The notes beneath the pieces are model-generated. The model had not been told where the DNA came from and did no database searches. It worked only from the letters and a program-made list of their open reading frames with translations. The position numbers and the translations under genes were made by a program. Shown here in pieces: positions 25,565 to 40,186 of a stretch of 64,000 nt of DNA; the first letter of the stretch is position 1, and each line of letters starts with the position of its first letter. Where the stretch lies: assembly GCF_022045235.1 (NCBI RefSeq), contig NW_027266330.1:36642001-36706000 (forward strand), given 5' to 3'. Source of the DNA: Haliotis cracherodii (taxonomy: Eukaryota).

Positions 25565-26200
25565 TCACAACACCCCACCACACCCAAGCCCCACCCACCA
25601 CAAACAAGCCCGACCCACCACACCCCAGCCCCCCCATAACAGCCCAGCCCGACCCACCAACCCAAGCCGAACCCACCACACCCCAGCCCCACCCATAACA
25701 GCCCAGCCCAACCCACCAACCCAAGCCGGACCAACCACACCCCAGCCCCACCCACCACAACCCAGCCCGACCCACAACAACCAATCCCGACCCACAACAA
25801 CCCAGCCCGACCCACAACATTCCAGCCCGACCCGCAACAACCCAGCCTGACCCACAACAACCCAGCCCGACCCACAACAACCCAGCCCGACCCACCACAC
25901 CCCATCACGACCCACAACAACCCAGACCGACCCGACACACCCAAGCCCCACCCACAACAACCAAGCCCGACCCACAAAACAGCCCAGACCGACCCACCAC
26001 ACCCCAGACCGACCCACAACAACCCAGCCCGATCCACAACAACCCAGCCTGACCCACCACACCCAAGACCGACCCACAACAACCCAGCCCCACCCACCAC
26101 ACCCAAGCCCGACCCACAACAACCAAGCCCGACCCACAACAACCCAGCACGACCCCCAACTTGACCAACCACAAGCAACCAGCCACAGTCCAGCACAATC
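25565..26200. repeat. ~20-bp C-rich minisatellite
   Basis: cccagcccgacccacaacaa units. Confidence 0.95.
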
Positions 26201-26669
26201 CATCACACCCAATCTTGAGCCACCACGACCCATCGGCGCACAAAACAATCCACAATACAATCAAGCAGACCTAAGGACGATCCATCAAGGCATAACCAAT
26301 AACATACCTAAAATATTCACCACACCCAATGACACACGACAACCACGTGCAATAAGCCGCTCCCAGCACAATCCACCAAATCTTAACACAATCCACCAAA
26401 TGTGCCACAATCCAGGACTAACCACACCCAATCTCACTGTCCGGCATGTTCGAGCACTCCACTTCATCCGTGGACACTAAATCAAACATAACCCCCACTA
26501 AACCCCAACAAGAGAACCCACCACATCCAGCAGGTCCCGACACATCCAAGACAAGCCATTAGTTTCCCTTCACAAAGGACTAACCAAGCAAGACTACCAT
26601 ACCCCAGCAAAAATCACTCAACCTACCCATAGCACTGCCATAGCACAATGCAGTTAACCCCAGCATCAC

Positions 26670-27238
26670 CCGCCACACCCATCCTCAATCCACCACACCC
26701 ATCCTCAATCCACCACACCCATCCTCAATCCACCACACCGATTCACAATCCACCACACCGATGTATAGCACACCACACCCATTCACAAACCACCACACCC
26801 TAGTATAGCACACCACACCCATTCACAAACCACCACACCCTAGTATAGCACACCACACCCATTCACGATCCACCACACCCTAGTATAGCACACCACACCA
26901 ATTCACAATCCACCACACCCCAGTATAGCACACCACACCCATTCATAAACCACCACACCCCAGTATAGCACATCACACCCATTCACAAACCACCACACCC
27001 TAGTATAGCACACCACACCCATTCACAAACCACCACACCCTAGTATAGCACACCACACCCATTCACAAACCACCACACCCTAGTAAAGCAGATCACACCC
27101 ATTCACAATCCACCACACCCTAGTATAGCACATCACACCCATTCACAAACCACCACACCCTAGTATAGCACATCACACCCATTCACAATCCACCACACCC
27201 TAGTATAGCACAGCACACCCATTCACAATCCACCACAT
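26670..27238. repeat. 20-bp satellite turning into a 40-bp dimer
   Basis: caccacaccc alternating with tagtatagca / attcacaaac. Confidence 0.95.
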
Positions 27239-28077
27239 ACAAACCAAGTCCAACCACCCAGTCAAAGGATATGAGTTCTTCGCCACACGTAAGCTTTCAG
27301 GGTAATTCTAGATGTCCCCGCCGTGAAAACGATGCTGCTTTATTAACTATACCATTAAACCCAGTTCGCCCACTCACTCACTCACTCACTCACTACAGTT
27401 AAACGTGCAAGTTGGCTTGAAGGCCCGACCATTTAATATTCTGGAACGGCAGAGAGGGTTAAATATTTGGAATAGAGATAAGATACTGTTCAGCTATAGC
27501 TACAAAACCAGATGTTTTATTTATTTAAATCTACGAGCCTGAAATTGGTTTAAAGAAAAACACCTTGCAACAGTGAGGCTGGCATTTTTGGCAACAACCT
27601 GTTCAATAATGATCGGGGACAATTTATTCTTTTTGATGAAATCCCAACAAGCAAAAAACAAACAAACAAACAAACAAACTACTCATGCTCTATATAGTGA
27701 CTTGTGGTTACAATGGACGAATTAAGAGAGCATTCTTTGTCTTTACGACTGTCCGGAGTGTTTCTCACGACCGACATAAGCTCATTGAGTCATCACTCGT
27801 CATTTTCCGACCTCGGATCTTCGTAGAAGTAGAAGTAGAAGTGGATCCGGTGGCCACAATGGTTTCCGACAATGGTCAGCTCTCCGAGGAGTGATCACTT
27901 GGGCGGTCAGCGGACAGACTCTCTGCCGTAGCTCGATAGACATGGCACCTCGAACACCGCTGACTTCTAACAACATTCATTCACACTGACCAAGGTCCGA
28001 AATACCCATTTAAACATAAATGTATTTCCTGTCATTCAAATATAATTTCTCGTTTCTATTGAGATTTAGCACATGTT

Positions 28078-28659
28078 TACGGCGGCCCATAAGGGACATG
28101 GAGTCTGTTTTCAATATTTTGATATTTCAATTACTTTCATCGTAACCTTTTGCAAATTAACACAATTTGTCACACAAATATGTGATAAATCATGTATAAA
28201 AACAACCGAAAACATGGAAAATGTACTTTCAAGTAGTTATTGAATCGTTGAAGTGTGAAGCGAAAAAGTCAAATACTAAAATGAAAATGTCAAAAACAAA
28301 AACGAAAATGTCAAAAACAAAAGCGAAAATATCAAAAACTAAAATGAAAATACAGAAAACTATTTCCAACGCGGTGTAAATAGTTTTCACCGCGGTAGAA
28401 ATATTATCACCGCGGTGGAAATAGATATCTGCATTTTCAGTTTAGTTTTTGACATTTTCGCTTTTGTTTTTGACATTTCCATTTTAGATTTTGACATTTT
28501 CGCTTCACTTTTCAGCGATTCAATATCTTCTTTATACACGATTTATCACTTATTAATTTTGTATGACAAATCGTGTTAATTTGCAAAAGGTTACGATAAC
28601 AGTAAGTGAAATATCAAAATATTGAAAAACAGACTCCATGTCCCTTATGGGCCACCGTA
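28078..28659. mobile_element. Near-fully palindromic non-autonomous DNA transposon with 6-bp TSD
   Basis: tacggcggcccataagggacatggagtctg... / ...cagactccatgtcccttatgggccaccgta; arms pair for ~250 bp; catgtt on both flanks. Confidence 0.9.
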
Positions 28660-29351
28660 CATGTTATATAATGCCACTTTTAGTCTGGGTTATCTTGCAA
28701 GGGAACAGAGGTGTTCCTTGATTACGGAAGCTCTCCACACATCCCCCAACACCTTACACCAACGCGCCCGGCGCTTCGCCCCCTGCTCTTTACAAAGGGG
28801 GATCATGTTGAGTGGCGTTACGACGTCCTTCACAGGCGGCGCTCAATCATCAAATGAGTGTAATTATTCTCGGCGTAATGAAGATGTTGATATCACGGGA
28901 GGAAGAAAAGGTGAAATGACGACGTGAGCGGCATGCAGCGACCCAGGCAGCACTACAGCGTTGACGGCGACATTGATAGGTACTTTGACGTCGGTGGCGG
29001 TGACGAACGCTGTCTCCTGATTTGCTACAAGATCAACGGAGAGGGATCAGGGCGCGACATTCTCTGCACTCCAGTCAATACGATGGCATTCATACAATGG
29101 TATGCAAATGACAATCAGCTTTCTGGCTTTGTCAGAAGGGCAAAAGCATTATTTTTTCACGGGAATAATATAAGTAGGGGTGACTAACGCTATAGGCATG
29201 GGCCACGTTTCACAAAGCGATAGTAAATCAAATATTTTTACACAGACTTACAAAGTCGCAGTGCCCAGATAGCTTTGAGGAAGGAGCGGACACTAGTCAA
29301 AGTTGTGTCTTCATTCAGACGGTACTTGTATGATGAAGATATATCGGGCAG

Positions 29352-29866
29352 GAGTGAGTGAGTGAGTGAGCGAGTGAGTGAGTGAGTTGGGTTTAACACC
29401 GCTTTAAACAGTATTCCGCCTATGTTCACGGCGTGTCAGCTTAATGTGGGAGGAAACCCGTAAACCCGTCTAAAAACCTTTGGTCAGAGATCTTTCCAGT
29501 TCTGCGCTTCCTCGCAAACTACCACCTGATCTTAAGCTGTCGCCATCGCTTTCATCCTTTAAGGCTCATCAACTCCATCAACTCTACTCCCCCATTCATT
29601 AGCATTACTTGCTAAAACTATGTATCTCCATGAGCATTAACTTGGTGAATGGAATCTGGCGCAGTATAAATGGACTTATTATTATTATTATTTAAGTGAT
29701 GCAGGTCTCAGAGGTTTAACACTTCGGTGAAACCCACGAGCACGGGTATGGTGCAGACAAGCCTAGAAACATAATCGGTTTGAACCAAGAACTAGCCCAC
29801 AATCATAGGTTTCTGGCGTGCCCAAGGGACTTGAATCTGCATAGCGACCTGGGCCCCCGTGCCCCC
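29352..29866 (-). mobile_element. SINE family B interrupted by an L2 fragment
   Basis: Consensus broken between ggaaacccg and aagtgatgcagg. Confidence 0.85.
29461..29693 (+). mobile_element. L2-clade LINE 3' end
   Basis: Degenerate translation KTFGQRSFQFCA..LPPDLKLSPSLSSFK resembles the L2 ORF2 C-terminus; ends ggcgcagtataaat...(TTA)n. Confidence 0.7.
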
Positions 29867-30599
29867 TAATGAGTGAGTGAGTGAGTGAGTGAGTGAGTGA
29901 GCGAGCTTGGCTATTCCACCACCCCTATGTGAGGAGTGACATATACTATGAGTAGAGGCCAAGGACTTTCAGCTTATAGTTGTCTTTGACCTGATAGAGA
30001 GTTGGAGAAGATATTATTAGCACTTCAAGACAAACAATTATCAGAAAAGCGGTTTTCCATGTACACATTCAAATAAACCCATCACTGAAACTTTCCAGTC
30101 ATGGAAGCCTATGCTACCATGTTTGCATTCAGTTGCAGAGAATTCAATCAATCTTTATTAGCTGCTTGATAAGCTAGGAACTGAATACTTAGCCAAGGGT
30201 TAGCCAGAATATGTTTAAGCAGTGAGCTAGATATACTTTACCACATCCCGATATATTAGTGAACCAGAGGCGTTTACCAACTATAGATTCTCACCAACAG
30301 TAAAACAGATTGAATCAAACTTCTGACAGATCGAGGGAACTTGATCGCAAGGCACTGCATCTTACATTTCGAATCTGCTTCTCATCCCGCATTATCCAAT
30401 ATTTATAGTCAGCAGTCGATATCCTATGCATTTATACATGTGAACTGTCATGGTGGATAAAAACCATGATACCAGATACCGATACTGAGTGGCATTTGCT
30501 CGCAACAAATAATCACAACACACGCAAACAGCACAATTCAATTTAGCTATCTGTCTCCCTTGTCGAACGTGAGTTGTGCAGCTGTCTCCGAGCACTGTC

Positions 30600-31820
30600 G
30601 GATTGTGTCTGGCGGGATGGCAAGTCAGTTGCCGTTCTTGTCCACCTCAGTATTCAAAAAGTATCTGTCATCGTCCTCAGCATTGCGGCAGGTGCCCGTC
30701 TTTGTCTGCCTTAGTATTACAAGAGGTGCCCGTCTTTTTCTACCTTGGTATTGCAAGAAGTGCCCGTCTTTGTCTACCTTGGCATTGCAAGAGGTGCCTG
30801 TCTTTTTCTAGCTTAGTATTGCGGCAGATGCCGTCCTTGTCAAACTCATTATTGAAACGTTTACCTGTTCTTGTCCGCATTCGTATTATAACAGAGGCCC
30901 GTCCTTGTCCGCCTCATATGGCAAAGATGACCCTCTTGGTCCGCCTTAGTATTGCAAGATGTACCCGTCCTTGTCTGCTTTGGTATTGCAAGAGGTGCCC
31001 ATCTTTGTCTGCCTTGGTATTGCAAGAGGTGCACGTCTTTGTCTGCCTTGGTATTGCAAGAGGTGCACGTCTTTGTCCGCCTTGGTATTGCAAGAGGTGC
31101 CCGTCCTTGTCTGCTTTGGTATTGCAAGAGGTGCCCATCTTTGTCTGCCTTAGTATTGCAAGAGGTGCCCGTCCTTGTCTGCTTTGGTATTGCAAGAGGT
31201 GCCCATCTTTGTCTGCCTTAGTATTGCAAGAGGTGCCCATCTTTGTCTGCCTTAGTATTACAAGAGGTGCCCGTCTTTGTCTGCCTTAGTGTTACAAGAG
31301 GTGCCCGTCTTTGTCTGCCTTTGTATTGCAAGAGGTGCACGTCTTTGTCCGCCTTGGTATTGCAAGAGGTGCACGTCTTTGTCTGCCTTGGTATTGCAAG
31401 AGGTGCCCGTCTTTGTCTGCCTTAGTATTGCAAGAGGTGCCCGTCTTTGTCCGCCTTGGTATTGCAAGAGGTGCCTGTCTTTGTCTGCCTTAGTATTACA
31501 AGAGGTGCACGTCTTTGTCCGCCTTGGTATTGCAAGAGGTGCCCATCTTTGTCTGCCTTTGTATTGCAAGAGGTGCACGTCTTTGTCTGCCTTGGTATTG
31601 CAAGAGGTGCCCATCTTTATCTGCCTTAGTATTGCAAGAGGTGCCCGTCTTTGTCCGCCTCGGTATTACAAGAGGTGCCCGTCTTTGTCTGCCTTAGTAT
31701 TGCAAGATGTGCCCGTCTTTGTCTGCCTTATTATTGCAAGAGGTGCCCGTCTTTGTCCGCCTTGGTATTGCAAGAGGCGCCCGTCCTTGTCTGCCTTAGT
31801 ATTGCAAGAGGTGCCCGTCA
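30600..31820. repeat. 34-bp minisatellite, ~30+ copies
   Basis: ttgcaagaggtgcccgtctttgtctgccttagta. Confidence 0.95.
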
Positions 31821-32431
31821 GTTACAGTTAGATGTCGGTTTCCGTTTAGTTACGTGCAAGGGGCAATTATGGGGTTGTATTGGTTCTTAATTGGCTTTTG
31901 AGTGATGTGAAACATACTTGACTTCTAAGAGGCAGAATGTATCACAAGTAAGAAACTAGAACGCTCTCTAATACGTTGTCTAGGTATTCTGTTAATGTTG
32001 CAGTCAGGGCTCTGAAAGATGCTCTCCGCCTTGCTGTGGAGTGCCATGCTGCCATGCATTGCCGTATGGCGAAGACTCTGCTGGAGCTGCCGCGACAATA
32101 GGCATTATCTTCCCTGTCACGTTCTGGTATAGATTTTATGGAAAGCTTTTGTCAACCGAGGTTTCAACAGCTTTAGAGACGGGCTCAAGTTTGATATCCG
32201 TTGATCTTATTTTCGGCCAAGTTGTCTGGGTTGCAGACCCTGATTAAGCGTTTCTATCATGCGGAGGAGGTTTCATTAAACACCTGATTCCGTGTGGACC
32301 CTTTACTTAGAGCTCCATACAGTGTCAAGCTATGCTCAAAGTCTGCACCTAATAACTGCCCGTCTTCTTTCTGTCTCCAATCCCCAACACTGTCAAACAA
32401 TAGGACGTCCTAATTGCGCTCCTCCGACTCA

Positions 32432-33095
32432 AGACACTTGTCAGCCTATCTAAGATGTCACATGGACACTTGTCAGCCTACACTACATGTCACATGGACA
32501 TTTCTCAGCCTACACGAGATGACATAGATATACTTGTCAGCCTACACATGTCACATGGACACTTGTCAGCCTACACGAGATGACTTTGAGACTCTTGTCA
32601 GCCTACACGACATGTCACATGGACATTTGTCAGCCTACACGAGTTGACATAGAGACTCTTGTCAGCCTACACGAGATGACATAGAGACTCTTGTCAGCCT
32701 ACACAACATGACACATGGACACTTGTCAGCCTACACGACATGTCACATGAACATTTGTCAGCCTACACGAGATGACATAGAGACTCTTGTCAGCCTACAC
32801 AACATGTCACATGGACATTTGTCAGCCTACACGAGTTGACATAGATACACTTGTCAGCCTACACGAGATGAATAGATACACTTGTCAGCCTACATGAGAT
32901 GACATAAAGACATTTGTCAGCCAACACGACATGTCACATGGACATTTGTCAGCCGATACGAGATGACATAGATACTCTTGTTAGCCGACACGAGATGACA
33001 TAGAGACACTTGTCAGCCAACACGACATGTCATAGAGACACCTTTTAGGCCCAAGACGTAATATGTCATAGTATACGTATCAGTCTATTCAAGAT
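32432..33095. repeat. ~31-bp minisatellite
   Basis: gacacttgtcagcctacacgagatgacataga variants. Confidence 0.95.
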
Positions 33096-33129
33096 TTCAT
33101 GGCAACCTCCACTTTTATCTCCATTTGAC

Positions 33130-34845
33130 TTCCCATCTCACCCCACACTATTCTCCAACTCATCCCACCAAAAACTATTCTCCCCACCCAAACCCACACT
33201 ATTCTCCCCATCTCACCCCACACTATTCTCCCCACCCCAGACTATTCTCCCCACCTCACCCTTCACTATTCTCCCATCCTCACCCAACACTATTCTCCCC
33301 ACCCCACTCCAAGCTATTCTCCCCACCCCTCACTATTCTCCCATCCTCACCCTTCACTATTCTCCCATCCTCACCCCACACTATTCTCCCATCCTCACCC
33401 CACACTATTCTCCCCACCCCACACTATTCTCCCCACCCCAACCCACACTATTCTCCCCACCCCACTCCAAACTATTCTACCCATCCCACACTATTCTCCC
33501 CACCTCACCCTTCACTATTCTCCCATCCTCACCCCACACTATTCTCCCATCCTCACCCCACACTATTCTCCCATCCTCACCCCACACTATTCTCCCCACC
33601 CCAACCCACACTATTCTCCCCACATCACCCCACACTATACTCCCTATCTCACCCGACTCTTTTCTCCCCATCTCACCCACTCTATTCTCCCCACCTCACC
33701 CTTCAGTATTATCACCACCACACCCTTCACTATTATCCCCCACCCCACCTCACTCGTCACTTTTCTCCACACCTCGTCCCACACTATTCTCCCCGCATAA
33801 CCCAACACTATTCTCCCCACTCCACCTCACACTATTCTACCTATTCCACCCCACACTATTCTCCACGCCTCACCCCACACTATTCTCCACACCTCGTCCC
33901 ACACTATTCTCCCCACATAACCCCACACTATTCTCCCCACTCCACCTCACACTATTCTACCTATTCCACCCCACACTATTCTCCACGCCTCACCCCACAC
34001 TATTCTCCACACCTCGTCCCACACTATTCTCCCCACATAACCCCACACTATTCTCCCCACTCCAACCCACACTATTCTACCTATTCCACCCCACACTATT
34101 CTCCCCACCTCACCCTTCAGTATTATCCCCACCACACCTCACTCGTCACTTTTCTCCACACCTCGTCCCACACTATTCTCCCCCACCCCATCCTACACTA
34201 TTTTCCCCACCCAAACCCACACTATTCTCCCTATCTCACCCTTCACCATTCTCGCCACCTCACACCACACAATTCTCCACACCTCACCGAACACTATTCT
34301 CCACAAATCGTCCCACACTATTCTCCCCATCCCACCCCACACTATTCTAACCACCCCACACTATTCTCCCCACCTCACCCCACACTATATTACCCATTCC
34401 ACCCCAGACTATTCTCCATGCCTCACCCCACACTATTCTCCACACCTCGTCCCACACTATTCTCCCCAACCACACTATTCTCCCCACCTCACCCCATACT
34501 ATTCTCACCATCTCACCCAACAATGTTCGCCCCCATCTCACCCAACAGTATTCTCCCCATCCCACCCCACACCATTCTCCCCACCTCACACCACACTATT
34601 CGCCCCCATCTCACCCAACACTATTCTCCCCACCTCATCCCATACTATTCTCTCCACCCCACCCCACACTAATCTCCTCACCCCACACCACCCCACACTA
34701 TTCTCCAAACCTCAACCCACGCCATTCTCCCCACCTCACCCAACTCTATTCTCCCCACCTCATCCGACACTATTCTCCCCCACCCTGCAATATTCTCCCC
34801 ACCCCACCCCATGCTATTTTCATCACACCACACCATTCTCGACCA
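33130..34845. repeat. 24-bp (some 19-bp) C-rich minisatellite
   Basis: cacactattctccccacctcaccc; source of the 515-aa PHYS ORF. Confidence 0.95.
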
Positions 34846-35774
34846 CTTGAACCCCCCTCATCATCCTCACTTGTATTCTCACTCAAGACGTCGCAGCTTG
34901 AGATGAAGATCTAGATTCTTTTATGATTTTTTTTTAGTTTAGCGATGCTTTTGCGGCTTGTAAAGGTCGGGTTTGATAAACACATCGAAATATGATAACA
35001 TGTCGAAACGTGGGTAATTAAAACGTACACGTGTCCTTTCCTGGGAACTTTCCAAGACTCGTTGTCGTTGTTGTAGGTAAAGCCTAACGAGATGACACTC
35101 AGATTTCTTCAAATTTACAAAGGGTAAAGAGAATTCATTGCCGTTTAATAATAACATACACAGCATGAATCATTGAAGTAAGTTGGTGAGTGAGGTGGAA
35201 CAACACAGAGTTGAAAGTACTGCAGATTTATCACGGCGTCTAAATGCTGAAGGAAGTCTTGTGAAACCCTTGAGCACGGGTATGATGGCGACAGACCAAA
35301 CACTAGTTTAGTATACCCGGGTAAGCGGGCATTCCGTAAAATATAACGTGTTATAAACTTGCCTTCTTGATGTGAACACAGTTGTGTTTGATGATTGGTT
35401 AAAAGTCAGACATTTGTTTTAATTCCATGATGTGAATCGAACCTGCGACCTCACATATCATGTTAAGTTTTGTAACCTCATGTTTTCCCACTGAGCTATT
35501 GGGGCAGGCGATGTGTAATTGTTCAGATTATCATGTCATGACTTCATCTAGTCCAGGCTGCGCGTGTTTTTTCTCTCGCACGCTTTGAGCGAATTCCTTT
35601 TGTACCGCGATACATTGTATTGTTTCACTATAAGGTATACCGATGTTTTCTTATTTCTCCTGGTATTTCTTGCATTTAGACGGTTCATAAGCCTTCGGTC
35701 CTCAGCTATTTCCCTTCTCTCCGGGCTTACATTCTCCGTCAAGACCCCGTGGGGAGTTTCTAGCCATAACAAAG

Positions 35775-36640
35775 AGAATGTGACTCTGACACAAGGGTAT
35801 CTAATCCTGTCACAAGGGTATCTAATCCTGTCACAAGGGTATCTGATCCTGTTACAAGGGTATGCGATCCTGTCACAAGGGGATGTGGTCATGTCACAAG
35901 AGAATGTGGTCATTTCACAAGGGTATGTGATCTTGTCAGAAGTGTATGTGATCCTGTCGCAAGGGTATGTGATCCTGTCACAAGGGTATGTGATCATGTC
36001 ACAAGGGAATGTGGTCATGTCACAAGGGTATGTGATCTTGTCACAAGGATATATGATCCTGTCGCAAGGGTATGTGATCCTGTCACAAGGGAATGTGATC
36101 ATGTCGCAAGGGTATGTGATCCTGTCACAAGTGTATGTGATCCTGTCGCAAGGGTATGTGATCCTGGCATAAGGGTATGTGATCATGTCACAAGGGGATG
36201 TGGTCATGTCACAAGGGTATGTGATCTTGTCACAAGGATATATGATTCTGTCGCAAGGGTATGTGATCCTGTTACAAGGGTATGTGATCCTGTCACAAAG
36301 GGGATGTGATCATGTCAAAAGGGTATGCGATCATGTCACACGGGGATGTGATCATGTCACAAGGGTATGTGATCATGTCACAAGGGAATGTGATCATGTC
36401 GCAAGGGTATGTGATCCTGTCACAAGGGTATGTGATCATGTCACAAGGGAATGTGATCATGTCGCAAGGGTATGTGATCCTGTTAAAGAGAATGTGATCC
36501 TGTCACAGGGGTATGTGATCCTGTCGCAAGGGTATGTGATCCTGGTAAAGAGAATGTGATTATGTCACAAGGGTATGTGATCCTGTCGCAAGAGAATGTG
36601 ATCATGTCACAGGGGTATACGATCCTATCACAGGGATATG
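35775..36640. repeat. 21-bp minisatellite, ~41 copies
   Basis: gtcacaagggtatgtgatcct. Confidence 0.95.
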
Positions 36641-37585
36641 TTCTCCTATTACGTACATGAGACACTGAACTTTGACATTTACCTTTGTCTCCATGTCTTT
36701 GTCGTGCTGGTGTAGTTTAGTACCAGAATGGTTTTCAGAGGTCACATTTTATTGTAGGTGATTAAAGGTTGTCAATCACTCAGCGCTCTAGTGTCCGAGC
36801 GGCCAGTGACTGGGGTCAGCGGTCAAATGTATCTCTCCCAGGAATAGTCGTCAAAAGGGATAATATTAGTGGCATCGGTATGGCCGGTATGTATTTTATA
36901 TACGTTCATGAATGTGTATGTTATATACAACAAAGAAATTCCCCTAGGCGTGAACTATTGACAGGCCTATGAGACAAGACTTCAGTCAAATGCACACAAC
37001 ACACAACCTCACTCAACCCATTAAACCCATTTAGGATTTATCTCCAAAATAACTATGACGAGCTATCATTATTTTATCGACAAAACAAATCTCAATAAAC
37101 TTTGAGGACGAGTTGGGGTTCAAAACAAAGATATACAAGCCGGCAAAAGAAAGTATACACTTGATAATTGGATTTAGCCAAACACTTACATACGTTATCC
37201 AAACGATAATACACTGTAAAAATATGTTTAGATCCTAAACACAAACCTAAACATGTTCCTTGGAGGAGAGGGGTGTAGGTGAAACTAAACGAGGTTCAGG
37301 ATCTAAAATACATCGGCAGCTTCCGTGTCGTGTATGAGAGAAATGCTATGCTTCATACTAGTACTGGAACAACACATTTGAGAACATAACACTTTTCTCA
37401 AACATGAGACACATTATTTTTTTTGCAATATATACTGGAACAATTTCAAAAAGACTCGATTGCGATTTAAAGCGTAAAATATGTAAACAAATTATTTGTA
37501 CGTCATACCGTTATTTTAGAAGCCAGGCAGTTTCGATTATGTTGATGCACGCGCCTCCTCAAATTGTACTGCATCGCGTAAAATA

Positions 37586-38292
37586 ACACACACCCATACA
37601 AACACTCACTCATAGACACAGACACACAGACACACAGACACACACACACACACACACACATTCACAGACACACACACATACTCACTCTCTCTCAAACACA
37701 CACATATAGGCATAGACATACACAAACACACACTCAAACTAACACACACATAGATATACACAGACATACACACATACTTACACACACATAGACACAGACA
37801 CACACATACACTCACTCACACACACATATAGACAGACATACACAGACATACTCACTCACTCTCTCTCTCTCACACACACATATAGACACAGACATACACA
37901 GACACTCACACATACTCACTCACTCTCACACACACATATATAAACACAGACATACACAGACACTTACACATACTCACTCTTACACACACATATATAGACA
38001 CAGACATACACAGACACACACACACACATACTCACTCACTCTCACACATACATATATATATATAGACACAGACATACACAGACAGACACACACACATACT
38101 CACTCACTCTCACACACACATATATATACAGACGCAGACATACATGTACACAGACCCACACACATAATCACTCACTCTCACACACACATATATATACAGA
38201 CGCAGACATACATGTACACAGACCCACACACATAATCACTCACTCTCACACACACACACACACACATATATAGACAGACATACACAGACACA
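37586..38292. repeat. Compound (CA)n microsatellite running into the gap
   Basis: CA/CT/TA dinucleotide mosaic. Confidence 0.95.
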
Positions 38293-38537
38293 NNNNNNNN
38301 NNNNNNNNNNNNNNNNNNNNNNNNNNNNNNNNNNNNNNNNNNNNNNNNNNNNNNNNNNNNNNNNNNNNNNNNNNNNNNNNNNNNNNNNNNNNNNNNNNNN
38401 NNNNNNNNNNNNNNNNNNNNNNNNNNNNNNNNNNNNNNNNNNNNNNNNNNNNNNNNNNNNNNNNNNNNNNNNNNNNNNNNNNNNNNNNNNNNNNNNNNNN
38501 NNNNNNNNNNNNNNNNNNNNNNNNNNNNNNNNNNNNN
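38293..38537. other. Assembly gap (245 N)
   Basis: N run. Confidence 1.
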
Positions 38538-39044
38538 CTCAGAACAAATCGTGACAATACAACTTTATATGATCATTACTTCGCAATAGTATTATTGTGC
38601 TGTTGACCTACTCCAGGACAATAGCAAGGCAAGGACCTTTACCAACTTCACCTAATTATTGAAATTTCAACAAACCGGAACGTGATCAAGTGTCACTGTA
38701 GAAATATGTAAGAAGACGTGAGAGTACAGCCAGTGTCATACCGTGCATCATGGCGCGTGTATTATTGGTAACAGCAGATCGTGGCACAGTCAGTCTCAGG
38801 CCATCTTTATTTATTGAGTTGGTTTACGCATTTTCTTCGCAAAACTTGGGTCGGTAATGGAAATAAAAATGTTAATAACATTTGAACTTTCAATTATTTT
38901 TATAGTCTTTACAAAAATGTTAGGTCGGTAAGATGTTTTATATAATACAATTAAAAATTGTGTATTTCATATTTGTCATTTTTGTGAAGTGTTACATGAA
39001 TGTTGAAATGTTTACAGCGCTTACATGAGTACAAAGCCACATTT

Positions 39045-39271
39045 TGTTTGTTTGTTTGTTGTTTAATGCCACACTCAGCAATATTCCACCTATATGACGC
39101 GGTCTGTAAATAATAGAGTCTTGACCAGACAATCCAGTGATTGATATCATGATCATCGATCCACACGATTGGGATACGATGACATGCATCAACCAAGTCA
39201 GAGCCTGACCTCCCGATTACGTTAGTCGACAAGCATAGTCGCCTTTTACGGCAAGCATGGGTTGCTGAAGA
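39045..39271 (-). mobile_element. Family C retroposon
   Basis: (TTTG)n tail, cactcagcaatattcca, gcaagcatgggttgctgaagac. Confidence 0.85.
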
Positions 39272-39947
39272 CAAAGCCACGCACTGCCAGCTATATAGAG
39301 TACGACTGAAACTGCATCTCGCCCTGTAAGCATGTTGCAGTCAAGAAAACAAGTTGCGATTGTGTTTGCTTATGTGTTTACTGGGCACGGCCATAATAAA
39401 AAAAGTTTTCAACTGGAATTTTATTTTTCCACATTCCTGATCTCTATGGTCGGCAGATCAAGTAAATCAAGCAATACTGAATACAACGCCCAATTATTTG
39501 TTATTTTCCGTAAAGCTCATGACATCACGCAATTTAGTGTGCATTCAATGACCGGATATTACGGAACTTCATGACTCACGGTGCTGTGACACACAGAGAG
39601 GGACATCAATTAATGCACTTCCTTGTGTGTATTCCGTCTTTCTTTCTGATGTAATGTAAGTCGATACGAAGTGACGCGACCTTTACTCCCCAAACACTGT
39701 AACGATACGCTGCAGTATTAACGAGTCGACTTACAAGACACTGTTAGACATATTAGTCTGTCATGCGTACGCTGATATGTTGTGAAAATACTTGTCTTGT
39801 TACGCAGTGTTGACACGTAGATGCCCCACACGCCACTTTAACCCTTTTGGAGTTAAGGTGGTTATTATTCATAACGCTCTGTCTGAACTCGTTGGGAGGG
39901 GTCTGGAGGACTTGGCATATTAGCGTGTGAGTGCATTCGTGTCCGCT

Positions 39948-40186
39948 TTTGTTTGTTTGTTATTTAACGCCGCACTCAGCAATAGTCCAGCTATATGACG
40001 GCGGTCTGTAAATAATCCAGTCTGGACCAGACAATCCACTGATTGTTATCATCGATCCACGCAGTCTGTAAATAATCCAGTCTGCACCAGACAATCTAGT
40101 GATTGACATCATGAACATCGATCCACGCTATTGGGTTACAATGGCATGCATCGGCCTGATCCCGTTAGTCGCCTCTTACGACAAGC
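39948..40186 (-). mobile_element. Family C retroposon with an internal 60-bp duplication
   Basis: gtctgtaaataatccagtctg occurs twice; cccgttagtcgcctcttacgacaagca. Confidence 0.85.

Noticed and set aside
33125-34672. 515-aa P/H/S-rich ORF
   Set aside because: Translation of a C-rich 24-bp minisatellite that changes repeat frame midway; no ATG start or splice context
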